Assembly (NCBI GenBank): GCA_032718475.1
Contig: JAUCBJ010004666.1
Coordinates: 1-48,312, forward strand
Origin: Nemertoderma westbladi
Lineage: Eukaryota > Animalia > Xenacoelomorpha
Length of the DNA: 48,312 nt
Direction: 5' to 3'
Each line of letters opens with the position of its first letter. Position 1 is the first letter of the stretch. Of this stretch, positions 25,128 through 41,161 are shown piece by piece. A program made the translations under genes and the position numbers. Below the pieces are notes generated by a model. The model was not told the DNA's origin, did not search any database, and worked only from the letters and a program-made list of their open reading frames with translations.

Positions 25128-28100
25128 ATATGAAAGTATATTTGTATATTTATTTGAGCTATGCTATGTACTGTATAAAGTATATTTGTATACTTCTTTA
25201 AGCTACGCTATGTATAAAGTATATTTGTATACTTCTTTAAGCTACGCTATGTATAAAGTATATTTGTATATTTCTTTAAGCTACACTATGTATAAAGTAT
25301 ATTTGTATATTTCTTTAAGCTACGCTATGTATAAAGTATATTTGTATACTTCTTTAAGCTACGCTATGTATAAAGTATATTTGTATACTTCTTTAAGCTA
25401 CGCTATGTATAAAGTATATTTGTATATTTCTTTAAGCTACACTATGTATAAAGTATATTTGTATACTTCTTTAAGCTACACTATGTATAAAGTATATTTG
25501 TATATTTCTTTAAGCTACGCTATGTATAAAGTATATTTGTATCTTCTTTAAGCTACGCTATGTATAAAGTATATTTGTATCTTCTTTAAGCTACACTATG
25601 TATAAAGTATATTTGTATATTTCTTTAAGCTACACTATGTATAAAGTATATTTGTATACTTCTTTAAGCTACGCTATGTATAAAGTATATTTGTATACTT
25701 ATTTAAGCTACGCTATGTATAAAGTATATTTGTATACTTCTTTAAGCTACGCTATGTATAAAGTATATTTGTATACTTCTTTAAGCTACACTATGTATAA
25801 AGTATATTTGTATATTTCTTTAAGCTACGCTATGTATAAAGTATATTTGTATACTTCTTTAAGCTACGCTATGTATAAAGTATATTTGTATATTTCTTTA
25901 AGCTACGCTATGTATAAAGTATATTTGTATACTTCTTTAAGCTACGCTATGTATAAAGTATATTTGTATATTTCTTTAAGCTACGCTATGTATAAAGTAT
26001 ATTTGTATACTTCTTTAAGCTACGCTATGTATAAAGTATATTTGTATACTTCTTTAAGCTACGCTATGTATAAAGTATATTTGTATATTTCTTTAAGCTA
26101 CGCTATGTATAAAGTATATTTGTATACTTCTTTAAGCTACGCTATGTATAAAGTATATTTGTATATTTCTTTAAGCTACACTATGTATAAAGTATATTTG
26201 TATACTTCTTTAAGCTACACTATGTATAAAGTATATTTGTATATTTCTTTAAGCTACGCTATGTATAAAGTATATTTGTATCTTCTTTAAGCTACGCTAT
26301 GTATAAAGTATATTTGTATCTTCTTTAAGCTACACTATGTATAAAGTATATTTGTATATTTCTTTAAGCTACACTATGTATAAAGTATATTTGTATACTT
26401 CTTTAAGCTACGCTATGTATAAAGTATATTTGTATACTTCTTTAAGCTACACTATGTATAAAGTATATTTGTATATTTCTTTAAGCTACGCTATGTATAA
26501 AGTATATTTGTATACTTCTTTAAGCTACGCTATGTATAAAGTATATTTGTATATTTCTTTAAGCTACGCTATGTATAAAGTATATTTGTATATTTCTTTA
26601 AGCTACGCTATGTATAAAGTATATTTGTATATTTCTTTAAGCTACGCTATGTATAAAGTATATTTGTATCTTCTTTAAGCTACGCTATGTATAAAGTATA
26701 TTTGTATATTTCTTTAAGCTACGCTATGTATAAAGTATATTTGTATATTTCTTTATGCTACGCTATGTATAAAGTATATTTGTATCTTCTTTAAGCTACG
26801 CTATGTATAAAGTATATTTGTATATTTCTTTAAGCTACACTATGTATAAAGTATATTTGTATCTTCTTTAAGCTACGCTATGTATAAAGTATATTTGTAT
26901 ATTTCTTTAAGCTACGCTATGTATAAAGTATATTTGTATATTTCTTTAAGCTACGCTATGTATAAAGTATATTTGTATCTTCTTTAAGCTACGCTATGTA
27001 TAAAGTATATTTGTATCTTCTTTAAGCTACACTATGTATAAAGTATATTTGTATATTTCTTTAAGCTACACTATGTATAAAGTATATTTGTATATTTCTT
27101 TAAGCTACGCTATGTATAATATAAAGTATATTTGTATATTTCTTTAAGCTACGCTATGTATAAAGTATATTTGTATATTTATTTAAGCTACGCTATGTAT
27201 AAAGTATATTTGTATATTTCTTTAAGCTACGCTATGTATAAAGTATATTTGTATATTTCTTTAAGCTACGCTATGTATAAAGTATATTTGTATATTACTT
27301 TAAGCTACACTATGTATAAAGTATATTTGTATATTTCTTTAAGCTACGCTATGTATAAAGTATATTTGTATATTTCTTTAAGCTACGCTATGTATAATAT
27401 AAAGTATATTTGTATATTTCTTTAAGCTACACTATGTATAAAGTATATTTGTATATTTCTTTAAGCTACGCTATGTATAAAGTATATTTGTATATTTCTT
27501 TAAGCTACGCTATGTATAATATAAAGTATATTTGTATATTTCTTTAAGCTACACTATGTATAAAGTATATTTGTATATTTCTTTAAGCTACGCTATGTAT
27601 AAAGTATATTTGTATCTTCTTTAAGCTACGCTATGTATAAAGTATATTTGTATATTTCTTTAAGCTACGCTATGTATAAAGTATATTTGTATCTTCTTTA
27701 AGCTACGCTATGTATAAAGTATATTTGTATATTTCTTTAAGCTACGCTATGTATAAAGTATATTTGTATATTTCTTTAAGCTACGCTATGTATAAAGTAT
27801 ATTTGTATATTTCTTTAAGCTACGCTATGTATAAAGTATATTTGTATATTTCTTTAAGCTACGCTATGTATAAAGTATATTTGTATATTTCTTTAAGCTA
27901 CGCTATGTATAAAGTATATTTGTATATTTCTTTAAGCTACGCTATGTATAATATAAAGTATATTTGTATATTTCTTTAAGCTACACTATGTATAAAGTAT
28001 ATTTGTATATTTCTTTAAGCTACGCTATGTATAAAGTATATTTGTATATTTCTTTAAGCTACGCTATGTATAATATAAAGTATATTTGTATATTTCTTTA

Positions 28101-31100
28101 AGCTACACTATGTATAAAGTATATTTGTATCTTCTTTAAGCTACGCTATGTATAAAGTATATTTGTATATTTCTTTAAGCTACGCTATGTATAAAGTATA
28201 TTTGTATATTTCTTTAAGCTACACTATGTATAAAGTATATTTGTATATTTCTTTAAGCTACGCTATGTATAAAGTATATTTGTATATTTCTTTAAGCTAC
28301 GCTATGTATAAAGTATATTTGTATATTTCTTTAAGCTACGCTATGTATAAAGTATATTTGTATATTTCTTTAAGCTACGCTATGTATAAAGTATATTTGT
28401 ATATTTCTTTAAGCTACGCTATGTATAAAGTATATTTGTATATTTCTTTAAGCTACGCTATGTATAAAGTATATTTGTATATTTCTTTAAGCTACGCTAT
28501 GTATAATATAAAGTATATTTGTATATTTCTTTAAGCTACACTATGTATAAAGTATATTTGTATATTTCTTTAAGCTACGCTGTGTATAATATAAAGTATA
28601 TTTGTATATTTCTTTAAGCTACACTATGTATAAAGTATATTTGTATCTTCTTTAAGCTACGCTATGTATAAAGTATATTTGTATATTTCTTTAAGCTACG
28701 CTATGTATAAAGTATATTTGTATATTTCTTTAAGCTACACTATGTATAAAGTATATTTGTATATTTCTTTAAGCTACGCTATGTATAAAGTATATTTGTA
28801 TATTTCTTTAAGCTACGCTATGTATAAAGTATATTTGTATATTTCTTTAAGCTACGCTATGTATAAAGTATATTTGTATATTTCTTTAAGCTACGCTATG
28901 TATAAAGTATATTTGTATATTTCTTTAAGCTACGCTATGTATAAAGTATATTTGTATATTTCTTTAAGCTACGCTATGTATAAAGTATATTTGTATATTT
29001 CTTTAAGCTACGCTATGTATAATATAAAGTATATTTGTATATTTCTTTAAGCTACACTATGTATAAAGTATATTTGTATATTTCTTTAAGCTACGCTATG
29101 TATAAAGTATATTTGTATATTTCTTTAAGCTACGCTATGTATAAAGTATATTTGTATATTTCTTTAAGCTACGCTATGTATAATATAAAGTATATTTGTA
29201 TATTTCTTTAAGCTACACTATGTATAAAGTATATTTGTATCTTCTTTAAGCTACGCTATGTATAAAGTATATTTGTATATTTCTTTAAGCTACGCTATGT
29301 ATAAAGTATATTTGTATATTTCTTTAAGCTACGCTATGTATAAAGTATATTTGTATATTTCTTTAAGCTACGCTATGTATAAAGTATATTTGTATATTTC
29401 TTTAAGCTACGCTATGTATAAAGTATATTTGTATATTTCTTTAAGCTACACTATGTATAAAGTATATTTGTATATTTCTTTAAGCTACGCTATGTATAAA
29501 GTATATTTGTATATTTCTTTAAGCTACACTATGTATAAAGTATATTTGTATATTTCTTTAAGCTACGCTATGTATAAAGTATATTTGTATATTTCTTTAA
29601 GCTACGCTATGTATAAAGTATATTTGTATATTTCTTTAAGCTACGCTATGTATAATGTATATTTGTATATTTCTTTAAGCTACACTATGTATAAAGTATA
29701 TTTGTATATTTCTTTAAGCTACACTATGTATAAAGTATATTTGTATATTTCTTTAAGCTACGCTATGTATAATATAAAGTATATTTGTATATTTCTTTAA
29801 GCTACACTATGTATAAAGTATATTTGTATATTTCTTTAAGCTACGCTATGTATAAAGTATATTTGTATATTTCTTTAAGCTACGCTATGTATAATATGAA
29901 GTATATTTGTATATTTCTTTAAGCTACACTATGTATAAAGTATATTTGTATCTTCTTTAAGCTACGCTATGTATAAAGTATATTTGTATATTTATTTAAG
30001 CTACGCTATGTATAAAGTATATTTGTATATTTCTTTAAGCTACGCTATGTATAAAGTATATTTGTATATTTCTTTAAGCTACGCTATGTATAAAGTATAT
30101 TTGTATATTTCTTTAAGCTACACTATGTATAAAGTATATTTGTATATTTCTTTAAGCTACGCTATGTATAATATAAAGTATATTTGTATATTTCTTTAAG
30201 CTACGCTATGTATAAAGTATATTTGTATATTTCTTTAAGCTACGCTATGTATAAAGTATATTTGTATATTTCTTTAAGCTACGCTATGTATAAAGTATAT
30301 TTGTATATTTCTTTAAGCTACGCTATGTATAAAGTATATTTGTATATTTCTTTAAGCTACGCTATGTATAAAGTATATTTGTATATTTCTTTAAGCTACG
30401 CTATGTATAATATAAAGTATATTTGTATATTTCTTTAAGCTACGCTATGTATAAAGTATATTTGTATATTTCTTTAAGCTACGCTATGTATAAAGTATAT
30501 TTGTATATTTCTTTAAGCTACGCTATGTATAAAGTATATTTGTATATTTCTTTAAGCTACGCTATGTATAATATAAAGTATATTTGTATATTTCTTTAAG
30601 CTACGCTATGTATAATATAAAGTATATTTGTATATTTCTTTAAGCTACACTATGTATAAAGTATATTTGTATATTTCTTTAAGCTACGCTATGTATAAAG
30701 TATATTTGTATATTTCTTTAAGCTACGCTATGTATAATATAAAGTATATTTGTATATTTCTTTAAGCTACACTATGTATAAAGTATATTTGTATCTACTT
30801 TAAGCTACGCTATGTATAAAGTATATTTGTATATTTCTTTAAGCTACGCTATGTATAAAGTATATTTGTATATTTCTTTAAGCTACACTATGTATAAAGT
30901 ATATTTGTATATTTCTTTAAGTTACGCTATGTATAAAGTATATTTGTATATTTCTTTAAGCTACGCTATGTATAAAGTATATTTGTATATTTCTTTAAGC
31001 TACGCTATGTATAAAGTATATTTGTATATTTCTTTAAGCTACGCTATGTATAAAGTATATTTGTATATTTCTTTAAGCTACGCTATGTATAATATAAAGT

Positions 31101-34100
31101 ATATTTGTATATTTCTTTAAGCTACGCTATGTATAAAGTATATTTGTATATTTCTTTAAGCTACGCTATGTATAATATAAAGTATATTTGTATATTTCTT
31201 TAAGCTACGCTATGTATAAAGTATATTTGTATATTTCTTTAAGCTACGCTATGTATAAAGTATATTTGTATATTTCTTTAAGCTACGCTATGTATAAAGT
31301 ATATTTGTATATTTCTTTAAGCTACGCTATGTATAAAGTATATTTGTATATTTATTTGAGCTACGCTATGTATAAAGTATATTTGTATATTTCTTTAAGC
31401 TACGCTATGTATAAAGTATATTTGTATATTTCTTTAAGCTACGCTATGTATAAAGTATATTTGTATATTTATTTGAGCTACACTATGTATAAAGTATATT
31501 TGTATATTTCTTTAAGCTACGCTATGTATAAAGTATATTTGTATATTTCTTTAAGCTACGCTATGTATAAAGTATATTTGTATATTTCTTTAAGCTACGC
31601 TATGTATAATATAAGTATATTTGTATATTTCTTTAAGCTACGCTATGTATAAAGTATATTTGTATATTTCTTTAAGCTACGCTATGTATAAAGTATATTT
31701 GTATATTTCTTTAAGCTACGCTATGTATAAAGTATATTTGTATATTTCTTTAAGCTACGCTATGTATAAAGTATATTTGTATATTTCTTTAAGCTACGCT
31801 ATGTATAAAGTATATTTGTATATTTCTTTAAGCTACGCTATGTATAAAGTATATTTGTATATTTCTTTAAGCTACGCTATGTATAAAGTATATTTGTATA
31901 TTTCTTTAAGCTACGCTATGTATAAAGTATATTTGTATATTTCTTTAAGCTACGCTATGTATAAAGTATATTTGTATATTTATTTGAGCTACACTATGTA
32001 TAAAGTATATTTGTATATTTATTTGAGCTACACTATGTATAAAGTATATTTGTATCTTCTTTAAGCTACGCTATGTATAAAGTATATTTGTATATTTCTT
32101 TAAGCTACGCTATGTATAAAGTATATTTGTATATTTCTTTAAGCTACGCTATGTATAAAGTATATTTGTATATTTCTTTAAGCTACGCTATGTATAAAGT
32201 ATATTTGTATATTTATTTGAGCTACACTATGTATAAAGTATATTTGTATATTTCTTTAAGCTACGCTATGTATAAAGTATATTTGTATATTTCTTTAAGC
32301 TACGCTATGTATAAAGTATATTTGTATATTTCTTTAAGCTACGCTATGTATAAAGTATATTTGTATATTTATTTGAGCTACACTATGTATAAAGTATATT
32401 TGTATATTTCTTTAAGCTACGCTATGTATAAAGTATATTTGTATATTTCTTTAAGCTACGCTATGTATATATAAAGTATATTTGTATATTTCTTTAAGCT
32501 ACGCTATGTATAAAGTATATTTGTATATTTCTTTCAGCTACGCTATGTATAAAGTATATTTGTATATTTCTTTAAGCTACGCTATGTATAATATAAAGTA
32601 TATTTGTATATTTCTTTAAGCTACGCTATGTATAAAGTATATTTGTATATTTCTTTAAGCTACGCTATGTATAAAGTATATTTGTATATTTCTTTAAGCT
32701 ACGCTATGTATAAAGTATATTTGTATATTTCTTTAAGCTACGCTATGTATAAAGTATATTTGTATATTTCTTTAAGCTACGCTATGTATAAAGTATATTT
32801 GTATATTTATTTGAGCTACACTATGTATAAAGTATATTTGTATATTTCTTTAAGCTACGCTATGTATAAAGTATATTTGTATATTTCTTTAAGCTACGCT
32901 ATGTATATAAAGTATATTTGTATATTTCTTTAAGCTACGCTATGTATAAAGTATATTTGTATATTTCTTTAAGCTACGCTATGTATAAAGTATATTTGTA
33001 TATTTCTTTAAGCTACGCTATGTATAAAGTATATTTGTATATTTCTTTAAGCTACGCTATGTATAAAGTATATTTGTATATTTCTTTAAGCTACGCTATG
33101 TATATAAAGTATATTTGTATATTTCTTTAAGCTACGCTATGTATAAAGTATATTTGTATATTTCTTTAAGCTACGCTATGTATAAAGTATATTTGTATAT
33201 TTCTTTAAGCTACGCTATGTATAAAGTATATTTGTATATTTCTTTAAGCTACGCTATGTATAAAGTATATTTGTATATTTCTTTAAGCTACGCTATGTAT
33301 AAAGTATATTTGTATATTTCTTTAAGCTACGCTATGTATAAAGTATATTTGTATATTTCTTTAAGCTACGCTATGTATAAAGTATATTTGTATATTTCTT
33401 TAAGCTACGCTATGTATAAAGTATATTTGTATATTTCTTTAAGCTACGCTGTGTATAAAGTATATTTGTATATTTCTTTAAGCTACGCTATGTATAAAGT
33501 ATATTTGTATATTTCTTTAAGCTACGCTATGTATAAAGTATATTTGTATATTTCTTTAAGCTACACTGTGTATAAAGTATATTTGTATATTTCTTTAAGC
33601 TACGCTATGTATAAAGTATATTTGTATATTTCTTTAAGCTACGCTATGTATAAAGTATATTTGTATATTTCTTTAAGCTACGCTATGTATAAAGTATATT
33701 TGTATATTTCTTTAAGCTACGCTATGTATAAAGTATATTTGTATATTTCTTTAAGCTACGCTATGTATAAAGTATATTTGTATATTTCTTTAAGCTACGC
33801 TATGTATAAAGTATATTTGTATATTTCTTTAAGCTACACTATGTATAAAGTATATTTGTATATTTCTTTAAGCTACGCTATGTATAAAGTATATTTGTAT
33901 ATTTCTTTAAGCTACGCTATGTATAAAGTATATTTGTATATTTCTTTAAGCTACGCTATGTATAAAGTATATTTGTATATTTCTTTAAGCTACGCTATGT
34001 ATAAAGTATATTTGTATATTTCTTTAAGCTACACTATGTATAAAGTATATTTGTATATTTCTTTAAGCTACGCTATGTATAAAGTATATTTGTATATTTC

Positions 34101-37100
34101 TTTAAGCTACGCTATGTATAAAGTATATTTGTATATTTCTTTAAGCTACGCTATGTATAAAGTATATTTGTATCTTCTTTAAGCTACGCTATGTATAAAG
34201 TATATTTGTATATTTCTTTAAGCTACGCTATGTATAAAGTATATTTGTATCTTCTTTAAGCTACGCTATGTATAAAGTATATTTGTATATTTCTTTAAGC
34301 TACGCTATGTATAAAGTATATTTGTATATTTCTTTAAGCTACGCTATGTATAAAGTATATTTGTATCTTCTTTAAGCTACGCTATGTATAAAGTATATTT
34401 GTATATTTCTTTAAGCTACACTATGTATAAAGTATATTTGTATCTTCTTTAAGCTACGCTATGTATAAAGTATATTTGTATATTTCTTTAAGCTACACTA
34501 TGTATAAAGTATATTTGTATCTTCTTTAAGCTACGCTATGTATAAAGTATATTTGTATATTTCTTTAAGCTACACTATGTATAAAGTATATTTGTATCTT
34601 CTTTAAGCTACGCTATGTATAAAGTATATTTGTATATTTCTTTAAGCTACACTATGTATAAAGTATATTTGTATCTTCTTTAAGCTACGCTATGTATAAA
34701 GTATATTTGTATATTTCTTTAAGCTACACTATGTATAAAGTATATTTGTATATTTCTTTAAGCTACACTATGTATAAAGTATATTTGTATCTTCTTTAAG
34801 CTACGCTATGTATAAAGTATATTTGTATATTTCTTTAAGCTACACTATGTATAAAGTATATTTGTATCTTCTTTAAGCTACGCTGTGTATAAAGTATATT
34901 TGTATATTTCTTTAAGCTACACTATGTATAAAGTATATTTGTATCTTCTTTAAGCTACGCTATGTATAAAGTATATTTGTATATTTCTTTAAGCTACACT
35001 ATGTATAAAGTATATTTGTATCTTCTTTAAGCTACGCTATGTATAAAGTATATTTGTATATTTCTTTAAGCTACACTATGTATAAAGTATATTTGTATCT
35101 TCTTTAAGCTACGCTGTGTATAAAGTATATTTGTATATTTCTTTAAGCTACACTATGTATAAAGTATATTTGTATCTTCTTTAAGCTACGCTATGTATAA
35201 AGTATATTTGTATATTTCTTTAAGCTACACTATGTATAAAGTATATTTGTATCTTCTTTAAGCTACGCTATGTATAAAGTATATTTGTATATTTCTTTAA
35301 GCTACACTATGTATAAAGTATATTTGTATCTTCTTTAAGCTACGCTATGTATAAAGTATATTTGTATATTTCTTTAAGCTACGCTATGTATAAAGTATAT
35401 TTGTATATTTCTTTAAGCTACGCTATGTATAAAGTATATTTGTATATTTCTTTAAGCTACGCTATGTATAAAGTATATTTGTATATTTCTTTAAGCTACA
35501 CTATGTATAAAGTATATTTGTATATTTCTTTAAGCTACGCTATGTATAAAGTATATTTGTATATTTCTTTAAGCTACACTATGTATAAAGTATATTTGTA
35601 TATTTCTTTAAGCTACGCTATGTATAAAGTATATTTGTATATTTCTTTAAGCTACACTATGTATAAAGTATATTTGTATATTTCTTTAAGCTACGCTATG
35701 TATAAAGTATATTTGTATATTTCTTTAAGCTACGCTATGTATAAAGTATATTTGTATATTTCTTTAAGCTACGCTATGTATAAAGTATATTTGTATATTT
35801 CTTTAAGCTACGCTATGTATAAAGTATATTTGTATATTTCTTTAAGCTACGCTATGTATAAAGTATATTTGTATATTTCTTTAAGCTACGCTATGTATAA
35901 AGTATATTTGTATATTTCTTTAAGCTACGCTATGTATAAAGTATATTTGTATATTTCTTTAAGCTACGCTATGTATAAAGTATATTTGTATATTTCTTTA
36001 AGCTACGCTATGTATAAAGTATATTTGTATATTTCTTTAAGCTACGCTATGTATAAAGTATATTTGTATATTTCTTTAAGCTACGCTATGTATAAAGTAT
36101 ATTTGTATATTTCTTTAAGCTACACTGTGTATAAAGTATATTTGTATATTTCTTTAAGCTACGCTATGTATAAAGTATATTTGTATATTTCTTTAAGCTA
36201 CGCTATGTATAAAGTATATTTGTATATTTCTTTAAGCTACGCTATGTATAAAGTATATTTGTATCTTCTTTAAGCTACGCTATGTATAAAGTATATTTGT
36301 ATATTTCTTTAAGCTACGCTATGTATAAAGTATATTTGTATATTTCTTTAAGCTACGCTATGTATAAAGTATATTTGTATATTTCTTTAAGCTACGCTAT
36401 GTATAAAGTATATTTGTATATTTCTTTAAGCTACGCTATGTATAAAGTATATTTGTATATTTCTTTAAGCTACGCTATGTATAAAGTATATTTGTATATT
36501 TCTTTAAGCTACGCTATTTATAAAGTATATTTGTATATTTCTTTAAGCTACACTATGTATAAAGTATATTTGTATATTTCTTTAAGCTACGCTATGTATA
36601 AAGTATATTTGTATCTTCTTTAAGCTACGCTATGTATAAAGTATATTTGTATATTTCTTTAAGCTACGCTATGTATAAAGTATATTTGTATATTTCTTTA
36701 AGCTACGCTATTTATAAAGTATATTTGTATATTTCTTTAAGCTACACTATGTATAAAGTATATTTGTATATTTCTTTAAGCTACGCTATGTATAAAGTAT
36801 ATTTGTATCTTCTTTAAGCTACGCTATGTATAAAGTATATTTGTATATTTCTTTAAGCTACGCTATGTATAAAGTATATTTGTATATTTCTTTAAGCTAC
36901 GCTATTTATAAAGTATATTTGTATATTTCTTTAAGCTACGCTATGTATAAAGTATATTTGTATATTTCTTTAAGCTACGCTATTTATAAAGTATATTTGT
37001 ATATTTCTTTAAGCTACACTATGTATAAAGTATATTTGTATATTTCTTTAAGCTACGCTATGTATAAAGTATATTTGTATATTTCTTTAAGCTACGCTAT

Positions 37101-40100
37101 GTATAATATAAAGTATATTTGTATATTTCTTTAAGCTACGCTATGTATAAAGTATATTTGTATATTTCTTTAAGCTACGCTATGTATAAAGTATATTTGT
37201 ATATTTCTTTAAGCTACGCTATTTATAAAGTATATTTGTATATTTCTTTAAGCTACACTATGTATAAAGTATATTTGTATATTTCTTTAAGCTACGCTAT
37301 GTATAAAGTATATTTGTATATTTCTTTAAGCTACGCTATGTATAATATAAAGTATATTTGTATATTTCTTTAAGCTACGCTATGTATAAAGTATATTTGT
37401 ATATTTCTTTAAGCTACGCTATGTATAAAGTATATTTGTATCTTCTTTAAGCTACGCTATGTATAAAGTATATTTGTATATTTCTTTAAGCTACGCTATG
37501 TATAAAGTATATTTGTATATTTCTTTAAGCTACGCTATTTATAAAGTATATTTGTATATTTCTTTAAGCTACGCTATGTATAAAGTATATTTGTATATTT
37601 CTTTAAGCTACGCTATTTATAAAGTATATTTGTATATTTCTTTAAGCTACACTATGTATAAAGTATATTTGTATATTTCTTTAAGCTACGCTATGTATAA
37701 AGTATATTTGTATATTTCTTTAAGCTACGCTATGTATAATATAAAGTATATTTGTATATTTCTTTAAGCTACGCTATGTATAAAGTATATTTGTATATTT
37801 CTTTAAGCTACGCTATGTATAAAGTATATTTGTATATTTCTTTAAGCTACGCTATGTATAAAGTATATTTGTATATTTCTTTAAGCTACGCTATTTATAA
37901 AGTATATTTGTATATTTCTTTAAGCTACGCTATGTATAATATAAAGTATATTTGTATATTTCTTTAAGCTACGCTATGTATAAAGTATATTTGTATATTT
38001 CTTTAAGCTACGCTATGTATAAAGTATATTTGTATATTTCTTTAAGCTACGCTATTTATAAAGTATATTTGTATATTTCTTTAAGCTACGCTATGTATAA
38101 TATAAAGTATATTTGTATATTTCTTTAAGCTACGCTATGTATAAAGTATATTTGTATATTTCTTTAAGCTACGCTATTTATAAAGTATATTTGTATATTT
38201 CTTTAAGCTACACTATGTATAAAGTATATTTGTATATTTCTTTAAGCTACACTATGTATAAAGTATATTTGTATATTTCTTTAAGCTACGCTATGTATAA
38301 TATAAAGTATATTTGTATATTTCTTTAAGCTACGCTATGTATAAAGTATATTTGTATATTTCTTTAAGCTACGCTATGTATAAAGTATATTTGTATATTT
38401 CTTTAAGCTACGCTATGTATAAAGTATATTTGTATATTTCTTTAAGCTACGCTATGTATAAAGTATATTTGTATATTTCTTTAAGCTACGCTATGTATAA
38501 AGTATATTTGTATATTTCTTTAAGCTACGCTATGTATAAAGTATATTTGTATATTTATTTGAGCTACACTATGTATAAAGTATATTTGTATCTTCTTTAA
38601 GCTACGCTATGTATAAAGTATATTTGTATATTTCTTTAAGCTACGCTATGTATAATATAAAGTATATTTGTATATTTCTTTAAGCTACACTATGTATAAA
38701 GTATATTTGTATATTTCTTTAAGCTACGCTATGTATAATATAAAGTATATTTGTATATTTCTTTAAGCTACACTATGTATAAAGTATATTTGTATATTTC
38801 TTTAAGCCACGCTATGTATAAAGTATATTTGTATATTTCTTTAAGCTACACTATGTATAAAGTATATTTGTATATTTCATTAAGCTACGCTATGTATAAT
38901 ATAAAGTATATTTGTATATTTCTTTAAGCTACGCTATGTATAAAGTATATTTGTATATTTCTTTAAGCTACGCTGTGTATAAAGTATATTTGTATATTTC
39001 TTTAAGCTACGCTATGTATAAAGTATATTTGTATATTTCTTTAAGCTACGCTATGTATAAAGTATATTTGTATATTTCTTTAAGCTACGCTGTGTATAAA
39101 GTATATTTGTATATTTCTTTAAGCTACGCTGTGTATAAAGTATATTTGTATATTTCTTTAAGCTACGCTGTGTATAAAGTATATTTGTATATTTCTTTAA
39201 GCTACGCTGTGTATAAAGTATATTTGTATATTTCTTTAAGCTACGCTATGTATAATATAAAGTATATTTGTATATTTCTTTAAGCTACGCTATGTATAAA
39301 GTATATTTGTATATTTCTTTAAGCTACGCTGTGTATAAAGTATATTTGTATATTTCTTTAAGCTACGCTATGTATAAAGTATATTTGTATATTTCTTTAA
39401 GCTACGCTATGTATAAAGTATATTTGTATATTTCTTTAAGCTACGCTATGTATAAAGTATATTTGTATATTTATTTGAGCTACACTATGTATAAAGTATA
39501 TTTGTATCTTCTTTAAGCTACGCTATGTATAAAGTATATTTGTATATTTCTTTAAGCTACGCTATGTATAATATAAAGTATATTTGTATATTTCTTTAAG
39601 CTACACTATGTATAAAGTATATTTGTATATTTCTTTAAGCTACGCTATGTATAATATAAAGTATATTTGTATATTTCTTTAAGCTACACTATGTATAAAG
39701 TATATTTGTATATTTCTTTAAGCCACGCTATGTATAAAGTATATTTGTATATTTCTTTAAGCTACACTATGTATAAAGTATATTTGTATATTTCATTAAG
39801 CTACGCTATGTATAAAGTATATTTGTATATTTCTTTAAGCTACGCTATGTATAAAGTATATTTGTATATTTCATTAAGCTACGCTATGTATAAAGTATAT
39901 TTGTATATTTCATTAAGCTACGCTATGTATAAAGTATATTTGTATATTTCATTAAGCTACGCTATGTATAAAGTATATTTGTATATTTCATTAAGCTACG
40001 CTATGTATAAAGTATATTTGTATATTTCTTTAAGCTACACTATGTATAAAGTATATTTGTATATTTCTTTAAGCTACGCTGTGTATAAAGTATATTTGTA

Positions 40101-40648
40101 TATTTCTTTAAGCTACGCTATGTATAATATAAAGTATATTTGTATATTTCTTTAAGCTACGCTATGTATAAAGTATATTTGTATATTTCTTTAAGCTACG
40201 CTGTGTATAAAGTATATTTGTATATTTCTTTAAGCTACGCTATGTATAAAGTATATTTGTATATTTCTTTAAGCTACGCTATGTATAATATAAAGTATAT
40301 TTGTATATTTCTTTAAGCTACGCTATGTATAAAGTATATTTGTATATTTCTTTAAGCTACGCTATGTATAAAGTATATTTGTATATTTCTTTAAGCTACG
40401 CTATGTATAATATAAAGTATATTTGTATATTTATTTAAGCTACGCTATGTATAAAGTATATTTGTATATTTCTTTAAGCTACGCTATGTATAAAGTATAT
40501 TTGTATATTTCTTTAAGCTACGCTATGTATAAAGTATATTTGTATATTTCTTTAAGCTACGCTATGTATAAAGTATATTTGTATATTTCTTCTACGCTAT
40601 GTATAAAGTATATTTGTATATTTCTTTAAGCTACGCTATGTATAAAGT
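25128..40648. repeat. 39-bp AT-rich satellite, unit TATGTATAAAGTATATTTGTATATTTCTTTAAGCTACGC, roughly 395 copies, filling the last lipoxygenase intron
   Basis: 39-bp period with 38-bp (GTATCTTC) and 44-bp (TATAATATAAAG) length variants. The MYKVYLYISLSYA ORFs are its translation. Confidence 0.98.
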
Positions 40649-40743
40649 GCAACGGTTCTGTATGTGGTGCGCGTGTTACTCTGGGGCGTTAAATTACTTG
40701 GTTTTAAAATACAGTACAATAAGAAAAAGTGGAAAAAACTTAC

Positions 40744-40910
40744 TGTTCAACTGCACTCCAGCCTTTGAGTGAGTATAAATAGTTGATTTCAAAGTAACCT
40801 AAAGAATTTGTTGCGCGAGCACTTAAAATATCCGTAACCAGCATTATATCATGGCAGACACCCCGTCGAGGCAGGTACTTCATTAAATCTCCATCTTGTA
40901 ATTCTACAGT
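40744..40910 (-). CDS. Lipoxygenase, penultimate exon (not in ORF track)
   Basis: TATTGCAG acceptor and GTAAGT donor. Encodes TVELQDGDLMKYLPRRGVCHDIMLVTDILSARATNSLGYFEINYLYSLKGWSAVE. Phases 0 and 2 fit both neighbouring exons. Confidence 0.85.
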
Positions 40911-41161
40911 CTGCAATAAATAGATGGAGCGCTAATTATAGAAAAATTATCAGAAAAACAAATACAGTATGTTTGTAATGCAGCAGTTAATTCAGTTATT
41001 GGAATGGAATTAAATCATTGTAATTATACATTGCGGAGACTGAATCGTATACAAGAAAACAATACACTAAAGACAATTGAACAGGTTGAAGTCGGATGTT
41101 GGCGAATAATCAGGTTTTACATATTTATTTACATTGATTTTCCCCGGAGAGGTAAGAAGAG

